The notes under the pieces are model-generated. The model had not been told where the DNA came from, did not search any database, and was given only the letters and a program-made list of their open reading frames with translations. Below are positions 20,834 to 31,203 of a DNA stretch of 64,000 bases, one piece after another. The stretch is from contig OZ243938.1 of assembly GCA_965214095.1 (NCBI GenBank), forward strand, positions 2,720,001-2,784,000, given 5' to 3'. Source of the stretch: Candidatus Poribacteria bacterium. GTDB lineage: Bacteria > Poribacteria > WGA-4E > WGA-3G. Position 1 is the first letter of the stretch. The number at the start of each line of letters is the position of its first letter. A program made the position numbers and the translations under genes.

Positions 20834-21970
20834 ATGGAGAAATATAAAACTTTTACAGACCCGAAATTACATGATATTTACGAAAAAGTCATAGCAGAAG
20901 AACGTCTCTCTTTTCAAGAAGGGGTTACACTTTACGAAAGTTCTGATATTAATGGGGTTGGATTCATAGCGAACCATGTTCGTGAACGTCTAAACGGAAA
21001 CGTCACATACTACAATATCAACCAACACATAGACTATTCCAATGTGTGTATACTCCATGCGCGATGCCATTTTTGTGCTTTTGCACGGAAAAACATGCAA
21101 ACTGAAGGTGCATGGGAGATGAGTGTTGACGAATTTTTGGATAAAGCGATGTATTCTATCCAACACGGATGTACGGAAATACATAGTGTCGGAGGTCTGC
21201 ACCCGAAACTCCCGTTTGACTACTATCTACAGATTATCCGTGGTCTCAAAGAACGTATGCCCGATGTTCACCTAAAATTCTTTACTGCGGTTGAGATACA
21301 CCATTTTTCACGTATATTTAAAATGTCTATAGAGGAAGTATTAACGCAGCTAAGTGAAGCGGGTTTAGATTCAATTCCTGGAGGTGGTGCGGAAATATTT
21401 GCAGAAGAGACGCGTGAGAAAATCTGTCCCGGTAAACTAAGTGCCGAAGGTTGGCTTGAAATACACGGTATTGCTCATAGACTCGGTATTCCAACAAACG
21501 CAACGATGTTGTATGGACATCTTGAAACAGTTGAGGACAGAGTTGACCATCTCATCAGATTACGCGAACAGCAGGATAAATCCGATGGGTTCGTAACGTT
21601 CATTCCGCTTGCGTTTCATCCAGCGAACACCCGCATGGCTTATCTTCCCTCAACGTCAGGCTTGACCGATCTGCGAAACATCGCTGTATCACGACTAATC
21701 TTGGACAATATACCCCATATAAAAGTATATTGGATCATGACTGGGTTGAAAACGGCACAAATAGCACTCAGTTTTGGTTCTGACGACATCGATGGGACAG
21801 TGACAGAGGAAAAGATTACACACATGGCGGGGGCAGATACGCCAGAAGCTGTTTCAGTAGAGGCACTCACACGGCTCATTGAAGAAGCAGGTTATATTCC
21901 AGTAGAACGCGATACGTTGTATAATGAGATAATTCGAGAGGGAAATCAGTGGCACAGAAAAGCTGCTTGA
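20834..21970 (+). CDS. mqnE: aminofutalosine synthase MqnE (radical SAM)
   Basis: PGGGAEIF, NATMLYGHLE, FIPLAFHP, HIKVYW; adjacent to mqnA. Confidence 0.88.
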   Translation: MEKYKTFTDPKLHDIYEKVIAEERLSFQEGVTLYESSDINGVGFIANHVRERLNGNVTYYNINQHIDYSNVCILHARCHFCAFARKNMQTEGAWEMSVDEFLDKAMYSIQHGCTEIHSVGGLHPKLPFDYYLQIIRGLKERMPDVHLKFFTAVEIHHFSRIFKMSIEEVLTQLSEAGLDSIPGGGAEIFAEETREKICPGKLSAEGWLEIHGIAHRLGIPTNATMLYGHLETVEDRVDHLIRLREQQDKSDGFVTFIPLAFHPANTRMAYLPSTSGLTDLRNIAVSRLILDNIPHIKVYWIMTGLKTAQIALSFGSDDIDGTVTEEKITHMAGADTPEAVSVEALTRLIEEAGYIPVERDTLYNEIIREGNQWHRKAA

Positions 21971-22776
21971 GGATAGGTGCAGTATCGTTCTTGAATACGA
22001 AACCACTCATCTATCCGCTCTTGAACGGACAACTTCAAACAGAACAAATATCGCTTAGCGTTAGAGTTCCGAGTAGCCTTGCATCTCAATTAAGTATTGG
22101 TGAGTTAGATATCGGTTTAATTCCGATAATAGAATACTTTCGTGCAAATGCTACGGGAGTAGGTTACCGTATTCTTCCAAACATTGCGATTGGCTCGCGT
22201 GGAAGTGTCTTAAGTATCCAATTGTTCAGTCGTGTCCCAATCCAGGATATTCAACATATCTCATTAGATACAAGTTCGCGTTCATCTGTTGCACTACTAA
22301 AAATCTTACTCGCTGAAAAATATCAAATAAACCCAACGTTTAGGTCTTGTACCCCATCAATTGATCCCGTTACTGCAGATACAGATGCAGTGTTGCTCAT
22401 TGGAGATGCAGCACTCAAAAACATCGGAGCAACAGAATATAGCATTGATCTGGGGGAAGAATGGCAAAGATTAACAGGATTACCTTTCGTATACGCTTGT
22501 TGGGTAGCGAGGAAAGAGGTTAATCTTCAAAACGTGCCACAACTGCTAATAGAATCAAAAATACTTGGAATTAAACAGATTCCTGAAATTGCACAGATTG
22601 AAGCAACAAAACTCGGTTTCCCCGAAACCCTCTGTAGAGACTACCTGCAACACCACATCAATTATGATTTAGACCAGACGGCAATTGCGGGACTTGAGCT
22701 TTATTACAAACTTGCTGTAAAACACAAACTTGTTGAATCTGAAAAAACATTACCATTAAAAATTGTAGACTTATAA
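21949..22776 (+). CDS. mqnA: chorismate dehydratase MqnA
   Basis: VSFLNTKPL, SRSS, LIGDAAL, DLGEEW..TGLPFVYA. Confidence 0.9.
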   Translation: MAQKSCLRIGAVSFLNTKPLIYPLLNGQLQTEQISLSVRVPSSLASQLSIGELDIGLIPIIEYFRANATGVGYRILPNIAIGSRGSVLSIQLFSRVPIQDIQHISLDTSSRSSVALLKILLAEKYQINPTFRSCTPSIDPVTADTDAVLLIGDAALKNIGATEYSIDLGEEWQRLTGLPFVYACWVARKEVNLQNVPQLLIESKILGIKQIPEIAQIEATKLGFPETLCRDYLQHHINYDLDQTAIAGLELYYKLAVKHKLVESEKTLPLKIVDL

Positions 22777-22880
22777 CGTGAGTTCGGTATAAGCAATTCT
22801 TTATAGTGCAAACTTTATGAGGATTAAGAAATAAATTGGGTAATTTCCTTGAGAAGTCCGGTGCGGTTAGGAAACCGCAC

Positions 22881-24368
22881 CATAGGCGTCAATTTAAGGA
22901 TGCACCAAGACCGATAAGTGTCAACTTTTAATCAGAGGAAGTATAAATTATGAAATAAAACTTCTGTAAAAATGAAAACACCTCATATATAATGTAGATA
23001 TAGATTTATTATGGTCTACAAAGAGGTGTTTCCTAATGAATACATTATCACAAGTTCCCAAAGAAATGCAACATATTCTTACAACTATAGCCAATGATGC
23101 AGCTCTCAATACAGGTTTTGTCAAAAGAAGTTGTAAACTCAACGGTAGTCGTTTTGCTCAAATACTCATTTGGACTTGGTTAGAAAACCCAGATGCCACC
23201 TATACACAACTTGCGCAAACCGCTGGTGTGCTGGGGATTTCAATCTCACGACAAGCCATTGAACAACGATTTACATCTGAAGCAGCAGAGACCCTGAAAG
23301 TTATCCTTGATGCTACTGCGTCCAAGGTTATTTCTGCCGACCCGCAAACGCTTCCGCTCCTTGAAAAGTTCACTGGTGTCTATTTACAAGATAGTTCTTG
23401 GATTACACTCCCTGATGTGCTCCACGAAACTTGGGAAGGTGGAAGCAAAAAGAATAAACCGAACACAGCTGCCGTGAAACTCCACCTGCGTTTTGATAGT
23501 GCCACAGGCACTTTTGAACACTTTGAACTGACCAATGGTATCACCGCTGATAGTGCTATTGAAAAGCAGATTGACATGCTACCCGCCGGCAGTTTGCGCC
23601 TCGCAGACCTCGGCTATTATTCACTTGATACCTTCAAAAGACTTTCCGATGCAAACGTCTTTTGGATATCACGCTACAAAGTCCAGTGTTTTCTCTATGA
23701 TGAAACAGGTGCCCCTTTTTGCTTGCTAAAATGGCTCAAGAAGGGTTCTAATAACTTCAAGGACAAACAAATCTTTATAGGTAAAAACAAGCGTCTCAAA
23801 GCACGATTAGTTGTTCAAAGACTTTCAGAAACAGAAACCCAACAGCGTATTAAGGAGATAAAACATCGTGCAAAGCGGAAGTATACGAAACCTTCACCCA
23901 AACGACTTCAGCTCGCAAGATGGAATATCTACATTACTAATATAAAAGTAGACCATCTGACTGCTGAACAGATTTGTGCTGTCGCACGCATCCGATGGCA
24001 GGTTGAGTTGATGTTCAAGTGCTTCAAAAGCATTGGAAAAGTTGATACCTCCCGTAGCGACAAGCCATATAGAATCTTATGTGAGTTATATGCAAAACTC
24101 ATCGTCGCAATTATGCGGCACTGGATCATGTTAAGGGTCGGTTGGCGATGTCTAAAACATAGTCTAACAAAAACAGCAGAACTTATTAGCACCTTCGCAC
24201 GCACACTTGCAATAGGTTTCCGCAAGTCTATAATGTCTTTTCGGCAAACTTTTGATGAAATAAAACACGCTTTCCAAAATGGGTGCTACATTGAGAGACG
24301 TGCTAATAGAGACACAACATTAGAACACCTTGAAAATGCAGCAAAAAATCACTAAATTGACGCTTATG
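22881..24368 (+). mobile_element. IS4-family insertion sequence (1488 bp) with 20-bp target duplication
   Basis: TIR CATAGGCGTCAATTTAA / CTAAATTGACGCTTATG (15/17); flanked by identical GTGCGGTTAGGAAACCGCAC at 22861-22880 and 24369-24388. Confidence 0.93.
23036..24355 (+). CDS. IS4-family DDE transposase
   Basis: LQDSS (D), ADLGY (D), RWQVELMFK (E); stop codon lies inside the right TIR. Confidence 0.92.
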   Translation: MNTLSQVPKEMQHILTTIANDAALNTGFVKRSCKLNGSRFAQILIWTWLENPDATYTQLAQTAGVLGISISRQAIEQRFTSEAAETLKVILDATASKVISADPQTLPLLEKFTGVYLQDSSWITLPDVLHETWEGGSKKNKPNTAAVKLHLRFDSATGTFEHFELTNGITADSAIEKQIDMLPAGSLRLADLGYYSLDTFKRLSDANVFWISRYKVQCFLYDETGAPFCLLKWLKKGSNNFKDKQIFIGKNKRLKARLVVQRLSETETQQRIKEIKHRAKRKYTKPSPKRLQLARWNIYITNIKVDHLTAEQICAVARIRWQVELMFKCFKSIGKVDTSRSDKPYRILCELYAKLIVAIMRHWIMLRVGWRCLKHSLTKTAELISTFARTLAIGFRKSIMSFRQTFDEIKHAFQNGCYIERRANRDTTLEHLENAAKNH

Positions 24369-24458
24369 GTGCGGTTAGGAAACCGCACCTACCGGGTTTG
24401 GGTAAATGAGAATTACCCGTTTAATAAATTAATCTTCATTTAGTTTGCGTACACGAAT

Positions 24459-24482
24459 GCATAGACTAAAAGTCTGTGCTAC
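24459..24482. repeat. GTAG-REP-like hairpin (family 4)
   Basis: GCATAGAC-TAAAA-GTCTGTGC-TAC. Confidence 0.5.
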
Positions 24483-24556
24483 CTAAGAAATCTAATACAA
24501 ACGTCAACGAAGTCAGAAAATACTTGTAATAAATACAACACAAAATAGGTTAAAAA

Positions 24557-25066
24557 ATGAACGCTGATGAAGAAATTACCACTGCTGATGACTTTACACA
24601 ACAGTTCGAAGATTTTCTTAAAAGTTCTGGACTTCGTCTAACACAGAAGCGTATGGATGTTTTGAACCAAGTCTTCGCCTACCCTGGACACTTTCAGACA
24701 GAAGATCTTTTGGTACAGATGCGTCAAAACGGGTACAACGTTTCTCGTCCGACTATCTATCGCACTCTCCCGCTTCTTGTAAGAAGCGGTTTACTGACAG
24801 AATTTATTGATGCACAGAAAAACACGCGTTACGAGAGCATTCATTCTCTTAAGGAGCATGCCCACCTCATCTGCCTCCGATGTGGACAGATTGTTGAATT
24901 CAAAGAACCGCAGATTGATGCATTGCAAAAAGCAGTGTGTGAAGCACACCAATTTAAACCGGTGCGCTTCCGAAATGAGATAATCGGACACTGTTCTGAA
25001 TGTCAGGCTGAATTAGAGGCAACTGCTTCACCAGAAGCAGAACCGTCAGAAGTTAACGATTCTTGA
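24557..25066 (+). CDS. Fur family transcriptional regulator
   Basis: LRLT..R, TIYRTL, HAHLICLRC, CSEC. Confidence 0.92.
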   Translation: MNADEEITTADDFTQQFEDFLKSSGLRLTQKRMDVLNQVFAYPGHFQTEDLLVQMRQNGYNVSRPTIYRTLPLLVRSGLLTEFIDAQKNTRYESIHSLKEHAHLICLRCGQIVEFKEPQIDALQKAVCEAHQFKPVRFRNEIIGHCSECQAELEATASPEAEPSEVNDS

Positions 25067-25751
25067 GATTACCCCAAGTTGTCGTTAACAATCCTTTCGG
25101 ATTAACAGGCAAAGTTCCGACTTTAGCGTTTTCATAGTCCTCATCTGTAGCATCATAATCTAAATCGCTTGACCAACAAAAGACATCATATTCAAGAAGG
25201 TTTGAACTCTGACGATAATATATAATCATGACGTTTTCACCTTCCTGCAATTCATTGACGGTACCGCCATCCGCCCCAAAAATGCCGGTTCGCACCCAAT
25301 CCCAAGTAGGTGTATTTTCTTCAAAAATGATATCCACATCTTTTAAGAAGTGTCCGGGTTTTTGTTTAGGAATTTCATCTCCATCAGCACCCAGAACCCA
25401 TAACCAATCTGAGTGATTGTTTGGATTTATAACGCGTCCGATAAACCGCCAATCTCCGGCTTCTCCACCAGCATGACTAATATCAAAATTATAACGCAAC
25501 CATCCATCTCCACCTATGTTCGTGACGATATCGCCATAGGCACCATCAGTGGGAACTTTTGCATCTTCTGCCTTACCCAATTTGTAAGCCTCATTTGCAT
25601 CACGTTCATCAAAGTGTTCCGCCTCAAACCAAATTTGTTTGCCATTTCCATATTCAGAAATCTTGAACATTTCAACGGCAAAACTCATAGTTATACTCAA
25701 AAATAAAAAGCAGAGACATAACGTTAGTATCAATTGGAATTTGGTAATCAT
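25053..25751 (-). CDS. secreted hypothetical protein with Poribacteria-type C-terminal motif
   Basis: Signal peptide, WFEAE, C-terminal LPVNPKGLLTTTWGNLK. Confidence 0.8.
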   Translation of the reverse strand: MITKFQLILTLCLCFLFLSITMSFAVEMFKISEYGNGKQIWFEAEHFDERDANEAYKLGKAEDAKVPTDGAYGDIVTNIGGDGWLRYNFDISHAGGEAGDWRFIGRVINPNNHSDWLWVLGADGDEIPKQKPGHFLKDVDIIFEENTPTWDWVRTGIFGADGGTVNELQEGENVMIIYYRQSSNLLEYDVFCWSSDLDYDATDEDYENAKVGTLPVNPKGLLTTTWGNLKNR

Positions 25752-25882
25752 GAGATTCCCTCCTTGGAATCCTTATATTTGTTTGCAGATAACCGTATTG
25801 ATTAATATGGTTTAGCTTAAATTAAAAGTTTCGGCAAGTTTAGCAAAATTGTATATTTGTTGCAACATTTTAAGTAATAGAT

Positions 25883-26120
25883 AGGGTTCTTTAGTTTTAG
25901 GGTTTTTGTTCAATATAATTCACTAACGTTAAATTCATTATGGGTTTGTATTCCTATTTGTCTGAACCAGGATTATCAGGATTAGTAGATTTGGAAATCA
26001 AGAAATCAACGGTATGAACGCCTGTAAGCGTTCCCCGGGTATGAATGCCTTTTGGCATTCCCCGGGATTATGAGTTTGGCTCTCCAAAGTTCCTATTTCC
26101 AGGTTGACGTTTATTTTCTT
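25883..26120. repeat. truncated second copy of the 3376 element, with two inserted 27-bp tandem hairpin units
   Basis: Colinear with 3376-3540; extra tandem units at 26011-26037 and 26038-26064. Confidence 0.7.
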
Positions 26121-26148
26121 GACAAATATTATCATAATCTGATATTAT
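26119..26148 (+). promoter_or_regulatory. putative sigma70 promoter
   Basis: TTGACA-N18-TATTAT with extended TG, upstream of the RBS at 26209. Confidence 0.4.
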
Positions 26149-26220
26149 AGTATTTAACATTTTGAGAGAAAAATAAAAAAGTAAATATCAATAATGCAAA
26201 CCAGTAATAGGAGTACTAAA

Positions 26221-26919
26221 ATGTTTTATAAATTCACTCTTATACTTACACTATTATCTTTTGTAGTGATTATGGCAGGTTGTGCTGCTTTACTGTCACC
26301 ACAAGAGTGGAGTGACAATTACGCCTTACTTGATGGCGCACAAGCAACCAGTATAGAGATGATTGATGGGGACATCAATACCGTAGGGGTGACAAGTACG
26401 CCCAAAAGTTCAGATTCTCGTACAGGAAGAAGTCCTGCTCCAGAAATTATCGTAAGTTTACCCGATAAAAAGGTTGTACGCAAAATAGTAATTCATTCAG
26501 ATAATATCAAAAATTTTGTCCTCTACGCAGACAAAGGTGGCAGTGCATTATCAGGGACAGACTGGCAAATGATAAAGACTGTCCAACGCGTTAAATCAAA
26601 CCCCATTGTAATACCCGTATTGTACTCTTTTCCAACAGACCGCATTCGTCTCACTGTTTTAGGAACGACAGACGATGCTGCACTGACGCGGAAGGAAAAT
26701 GCAAACGGAATTCGAAATCTTACGAGTGCAGCGGATTGTGCTACTGGCAGCACGTGAGGGTCGGGAGCATCTTTGGCGGCAGTTCGCCGTCGCGCACCTG
26801 CAAAAATTAGTGAAATTGAAATCTACGGATACAAGACTTCTGATGAAACTTTAGTTGAAAATGGAGATGACACAGTTGATGCTCCAACTGTAACAGAAAC
26901 CGAGTTGTTGTTGTATTAG
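26221..26919 (+). CDS. lipoprotein with discoidin/galactose-binding-like fold, interrupted by an in-frame TGA at 26755 (Sec candidate or pseudogene)
   Basis: Lipobox MAGC; frame continues past TGA for 53 codons including the ISEIEIYG terminal strand. Confidence 0.65.
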
Positions 26920-26931
26920 TGCACACACTAT

Positions 26932-26998
26932 TCAGTTATCAGTTATCAGTTAGTCAGATTCCGCATTTTTGTTTCATAAATAACTAACTGATAACTGA
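26932..26998. repeat. heptamer tandem repeats (TCAGTTA)n with inverted (TAACTGA)n
   Basis: TCAGTTATCAGTTATCAGTTAG ... TAACTAACTGATAACTGA. Confidence 0.7.
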
Positions 26999-27060
26999 TT
27001 AATCCAATTCAAAATATGCAGTTTTGACCATTCTTCAGTTCGAGCAATCAATACTATACC

Positions 27061-27555
27061 ATGAAATATTTTGCTTACGGATCAAATCTCAATGTGGATC
27101 AGATGCAGTGGCGGTGTAAGAATGCTGTCCCGCTTGGTCCATATACACTTCAAGGGTATCGTCTTGTTTTTCGATTCTACGCAGATATTACACCTGCCCC
27201 TGGTAAGTCTGTTAAAGGCGGTTTATGGGAAATTACCGATGAACATGAGGAATTACTTGATAGATATGAGGGATATCCGGATCTCTATGGCAAATATTAC
27301 GAAGATGATATTATGTTTTATCGTATGCGTGAGGATGCTTACGACTTGAGATTGCCGACCCTTGGATATCTTGGGGACATGCTTGAAGGTATGGAAAACT
27401 TCGGCTTTTCCGCACTGGAAGATTTGAATAAAAACCTTGGAAATCCACCCTCCCAAGACATAGAAGAGGAAGGTGACCTACTCCAGAATGCAATGCGTCT
27501 GATCGCAGAGTCAATGGGTATTGATCTTGTTCAAGAAGTATCAATGGCAATTTGA
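27061..27555 (+). CDS. gamma-glutamylcyclotransferase family protein
   Basis: YFAYGSNL, LDRYEGYP. Confidence 0.88.
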   Translation: MKYFAYGSNLNVDQMQWRCKNAVPLGPYTLQGYRLVFRFYADITPAPGKSVKGGLWEITDEHEELLDRYEGYPDLYGKYYEDDIMFYRMREDAYDLRLPTLGYLGDMLEGMENFGFSALEDLNKNLGNPPSQDIEEEGDLLQNAMRLIAESMGIDLVQEVSMAI

Positions 27556-27562
27556 TTACTAC

Positions 27563-27634
27563 GGTAGGTTCGGTTTCCTAACCGAACCGGTGTTTGTTCA
27601 GTCTCATAGATGCGGTTAGTAAACCGTATCTACC
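27563..27634. repeat. REP doublet (REPIN-like), family 1; uninterrupted paralog of the 56011 MITE site
   Basis: GGTAG-GTTCGGTTTCCTAACCGAAC ... ATGCGGTTAGTAAACCGTAT-CTACC; reverse complement matches 55944-56010 joined to 56202-56209. Confidence 0.85.
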
Positions 27635-27717
27635 GGGGAGCGTGAACGTATTTTACATTTCACTATAACTGGGATGTAAGAGGCGTATGAGTTGCGCTAT
27701 TGCGAACCAGTTTTGCT

Positions 27718-28671
27718 TTATAGAATAGTCAATTCGTCTTCTTCCCCACTCTCCTGTAATACATTATCCAATTCCGCAGCCACTGCTCCGAAGGCAGCCG
27801 CTTGTGGAGAATCTGGATGTCCGGCGACGATAGGCACACCAATATCCCCTGCTGTGCATACTTCAGCATCAAGTGGAATCTCACCCAGAAAAGAAACACT
27901 GAACTGTTCACTTGTTTTTCTTCCACCATCCGAACTGAAAATCTCTGTCTTTTCATTGCAGTGTGGACATAGGAAATAACTCATATTCTCAATAATCCCC
28001 AGAATCGGCACGCCGAGACGTTCAAACATAGCGACACCGCGCCGCACATCTGCCAAAGCAACATCCTGTGGTGTAGTCACAATCACCGCGCCTGTGAGTG
28101 GGATTGCTTGTGATAGGGTAAGGGCAACATCGCCCGTGCCGGGTGGTAGGTCAATGATGAGATAATCCAGTTCATCCCATTCCACATCAGTCAAAAATTG
28201 TCTGATAGCAGAATGCAACATCGGTCCGCGCCATATCATCGCTTGTTCTTCTGGCACCATAAACCCGATAGACATCAGTTTAATGTCATGACGTTCAAGC
28301 GGAATCAGTTTTCGTTTCGGACTAGTGCGTGGTTTTTCCTGTATACCCATCATCGTAGGGATACTGGGACCGTAAGCATCCGCGTCCATTAATCCCACAG
28401 CTGCACCGTTTTTGGCAAGAGAAATTGCTAAATTGGTAGCAACGGTGGACTTGCCGACTCCACCTTTACCACTTGCCACTGCAATTTTATACTTGATATT
28501 TGGTAATGTAATATTCTGTTGTGGTTGTTGTGGTGCTTGTTGCTGTTGTGGTGGTTGTTGCGTGCGTTTACCTGAGATTTCCTCGCCACTAATCACTTTT
28601 AGTTCAGGATGTGGTTTTGCTTCGGGATTCGCCTTCTCTACATCTTTGTCACCTTTTTTAAAGAATTTCAA
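27718..28671 (-). CDS. mrp: Mrp/NBP35 (ApbC) Fe-S carrier ATPase
   Basis: [21 protein letters not shown]; probable TTG start after AGGAG. Confidence 0.9.
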   Translation of the reverse strand: MKFFKKGDKDVEKANPEAKPHPELKVISGEEISGKRTQQPPQQQQAPQQPQQNITLPNIKYKIAVASGKGGVGKSTVATNLAISLAKNGAAVGLMDADAYGPSIPTMMGIQEKPRTSPKRKLIPLERHDIKLMSIGFMVPEEQAMIWRGPMLHSAIRQFLTDVEWDELDYLIIDLPPGTGDVALTLSQAIPLTGAVIVTTPQDVALADVRRGVAMFERLGVPILGIIENMSYFLCPHCNEKTEIFSSDGGRKTSEQFSVSFLGEIPLDAEVCTAGDIGVPIVAGHPDSPQAAAFGAVAAELDNVLQESGEEDELTIL

Positions 28672-28781
28672 TGTTTGTCTCCTTCTCCATAATCTCTTTG
28701 TATAATAATGCCATGAAATTTTCAGAATTGCCAATCTATTTTCAAGGGTGTTATTTTAGCAATTGATTTCGGACCAAGTTG

Positions 28782-29987
28782 CTATGTCCGATAGTCTGCA
28801 TTTATACGGATGTAATCGTAGGAATAATCGCAGGTCCACATGGTTATCTCAGCATCGCCGGCGCGTAGGTCAATGGTAATCCGAACAGGATCGTTGTCAA
28901 ACAACTGCGTTGCTTTTTCTTCATCGTAGCCAGAGTCCATTCCGTTTTTGACAAGCGGATAATCTCCGAGTAGGACATCTACTTGATAAGGGTCAAATTC
29001 TGCACCAGATTTGCCGATAGCCATCATTATTCTTCCCCAATTGGCATCGTTCGCGAAAACTGCAGTTTTGACGAGAGGTGATTCTGCGACTGCACGTGCA
29101 GCTTTTTCTGCATCCTCTCTATTCTTCGCTTGTTTGATAATAACCTCCACAAGTTTGGTTGCGCCTTCCCCATCACGTGCTAACATTTTTACCAATTCTG
29201 TGCAGACGAACATCAACCCATCACAGAAGGCTTCATAATCCTGTCCACTTGTGTTAACTATTTCAGTATTTTCTACGTTCCCTGTGGCAAGAATGAGCAC
29301 GGTGTCGTTTGTGCTGCGGTCAGTGTCTACGGTAAGGAGGTTATAGGTGTTATCCACAACACGGGTTAGAGCAGATTGGAGCGTTTGACTATTGATATTC
29401 GCATCGGTTGTTAGGAATGAGAGCATTGTCGCCATATTCGGAGCGATCATCCCCGCGCCTTTGGCTATCCCACCGATCCGCACGGTTTTCCCACTGACCT
29501 CTATTTCAACGGCGGCTGACTTCGGAAATGTGTCGGTTGTCATAATCGCTTCCGCTGCGTCGTCCCCACCTTCGCTACTGAGTGCTTTTGCTGCCATCTG
29601 TATACCGTTTTCAATAGTCTCCATGGGCAATTGTTGTCCAATCACACCTGTGGACGCTACGAGGACCTGTTCCTCTTTGATGTTGAGTTGCTCTGCAGTC
29701 GCTGCCGCCATTCGATGCGCGTTTGTCATACCGAGGTTGCCAGTGCAGGCATTTGCGTTCCCACTGTTGACTATAATTGCTTGTACTGTTGGGTCGGTGA
29801 GGTGCTCACGGCAAACTAAAACAGGGGCAGCGGTGACGCTATTTGTGGTAAAGACACCCGCTGCTGTCGCAGGTGTATCCGTGTAAATAAGTGCTATATC
29901 TTTTGTTTCTGCCTTTTTTATTCCAGCGCGTATTCCTGCTGCTTGCACACCTTGAATTGCTGTAATTCCACCTTCAATCTGTTTCAT
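28782..29987 (-). CDS. argJ: bifunctional ornithine acetyltransferase/N-acetylglutamate synthase
   Basis: SGNANACTG, KGAGMIAPNMATML, DGEGATK, NADYRT. Confidence 0.97.
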   Translation of the reverse strand: MKQIEGGITAIQGVQAAGIRAGIKKAETKDIALIYTDTPATAAGVFTTNSVTAAPVLVCREHLTDPTVQAIIVNSGNANACTGNLGMTNAHRMAAATAEQLNIKEEQVLVASTGVIGQQLPMETIENGIQMAAKALSSEGGDDAAEAIMTTDTFPKSAAVEIEVSGKTVRIGGIAKGAGMIAPNMATMLSFLTTDANINSQTLQSALTRVVDNTYNLLTVDTDRSTNDTVLILATGNVENTEIVNTSGQDYEAFCDGLMFVCTELVKMLARDGEGATKLVEVIIKQAKNREDAEKAARAVAESPLVKTAVFANDANWGRIMMAIGKSGAEFDPYQVDVLLGDYPLVKNGMDSGYDEEKATQLFDNDPVRITIDLRAGDAEITMWTCDYSYDYIRINADYRT

Positions 29988-30136
29988 AAATCGCTCCTTA
30001 CGGATAAAGTAAGTGAAATTCTAATACATGATAGAGGAATTGTCAAATGGAAAACACAGACAGGTGTGGATGGTTCTTGGTAATATCTATAAGTGTCAAT
30101 TGAATGTCTCTGTCAATCCGAATTACACAACTATTC

Positions 30137-30164
30137 TTGACATACTGTGATAGGTACGTAAAAT
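30137..30164 (+). promoter_or_regulatory. putative sigma70 promoter
   Basis: TTGACA-N16-TAAAAT upstream of the GGAGGAG RBS. Confidence 0.4.
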
Positions 30165-30199
30165 AGACTTATGATATTTCCGACAATGGAGGAGAGAAT

Positions 30200-31201
30200 A
30201 TGGCGAAAATACGGATGGCACAATATGGGACGAAACACGGACATGCACGCGGTAAACTTCAGGCGATGCTTGGAAATCCTGATGTAGAGGTCGCTGGCGT
30301 TTATGAACCCGATGAAGAACGACGTGCTAAACATCAGGCAAATGGAAGTTGGTCTTACGATGTTTACTGGTATAAAGATGCAGCGGAGATGTTAGAAGAC
30401 GACACGATTGTTGCAATCGCTTCCGAGGGGAACAACGCAGAGAGTTTGGATCAGACAGAAGAGATAGTGAATGCTGGTAAACACGTGTGGTACGATAAAC
30501 CTGCTGGAGAAAACTGGGAACAGTGGCAACGCGTCATTGCTACTGCTCAGGAAAAGTCGCTATTAGTACAGATGGGGTATATGTTGCGGTATCATTCCAG
30601 TTTTAGACAGGTGACAGATTGGGCGCGATCTGGATTTTTGGGGAATGTGTTTTCAGTTCGGGCACACATGTCAACCAATATATCAAAGGAAGCGCGGACA
30701 CGAATTAGTCAACATATCGGTGGAATATTCTTTGATTTAGGTGGACATGTGTTGGATCAAATCGTCTGGATGTTAGGTAGACCAGAGAAGGTCACCAGTT
30801 TTCTACGCAACGATGGTGGTTCGGTGGAACCTTTCAAAGACAATACGCTCACGGTCTATGAGTATGAGGAGGGAATGGCATTTATCACAATTTCTGCATT
30901 GGAACCGCGTCCAGTAGCGCGACGGTTTGAGGTGTATGGCACCGAAGGGAGTGCTATTATCGTTGAACCTTTTGAACCGGGACACACTATTCGACTCTGT
31001 CTACAAGATGCTAAAGATGGGTATTCACAAGGTGAACAGATAGTCCAGATAGATGGTGAAAGCCGTCAGCGTACGTATGAGTTGGAGTTGGTTTCGTTTT
31101 TGGCAACTATCAAAGGGGAACAACCACCTGACAGACCGGTATCTCATGAGTTGTTAGTGCAAGAGACGTTATTGCGTGCGACTGGAGTGATAGCACAGTA
31201 A
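30200..31201 (+). CDS. Gfo/Idh/MocA family oxidoreductase
   Basis: YDKP, GGIFFDLGGH. Confidence 0.88.
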   Translation: MAKIRMAQYGTKHGHARGKLQAMLGNPDVEVAGVYEPDEERRAKHQANGSWSYDVYWYKDAAEMLEDDTIVAIASEGNNAESLDQTEEIVNAGKHVWYDKPAGENWEQWQRVIATAQEKSLLVQMGYMLRYHSSFRQVTDWARSGFLGNVFSVRAHMSTNISKEARTRISQHIGGIFFDLGGHVLDQIVWMLGRPEKVTSFLRNDGGSVEPFKDNTLTVYEYEEGMAFITISALEPRPVARRFEVYGTEGSAIIVEPFEPGHTIRLCLQDAKDGYSQGEQIVQIDGESRQRTYELELVSFLATIKGEQPPDRPVSHELLVQETLLRATGVIAQ

Positions 31202-31203
31202 GG

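Noticed and set aside
28515-28565. Gln/Pro-rich repeat in Mrp
   Set aside because: This is an ordinary low-complexity linker.
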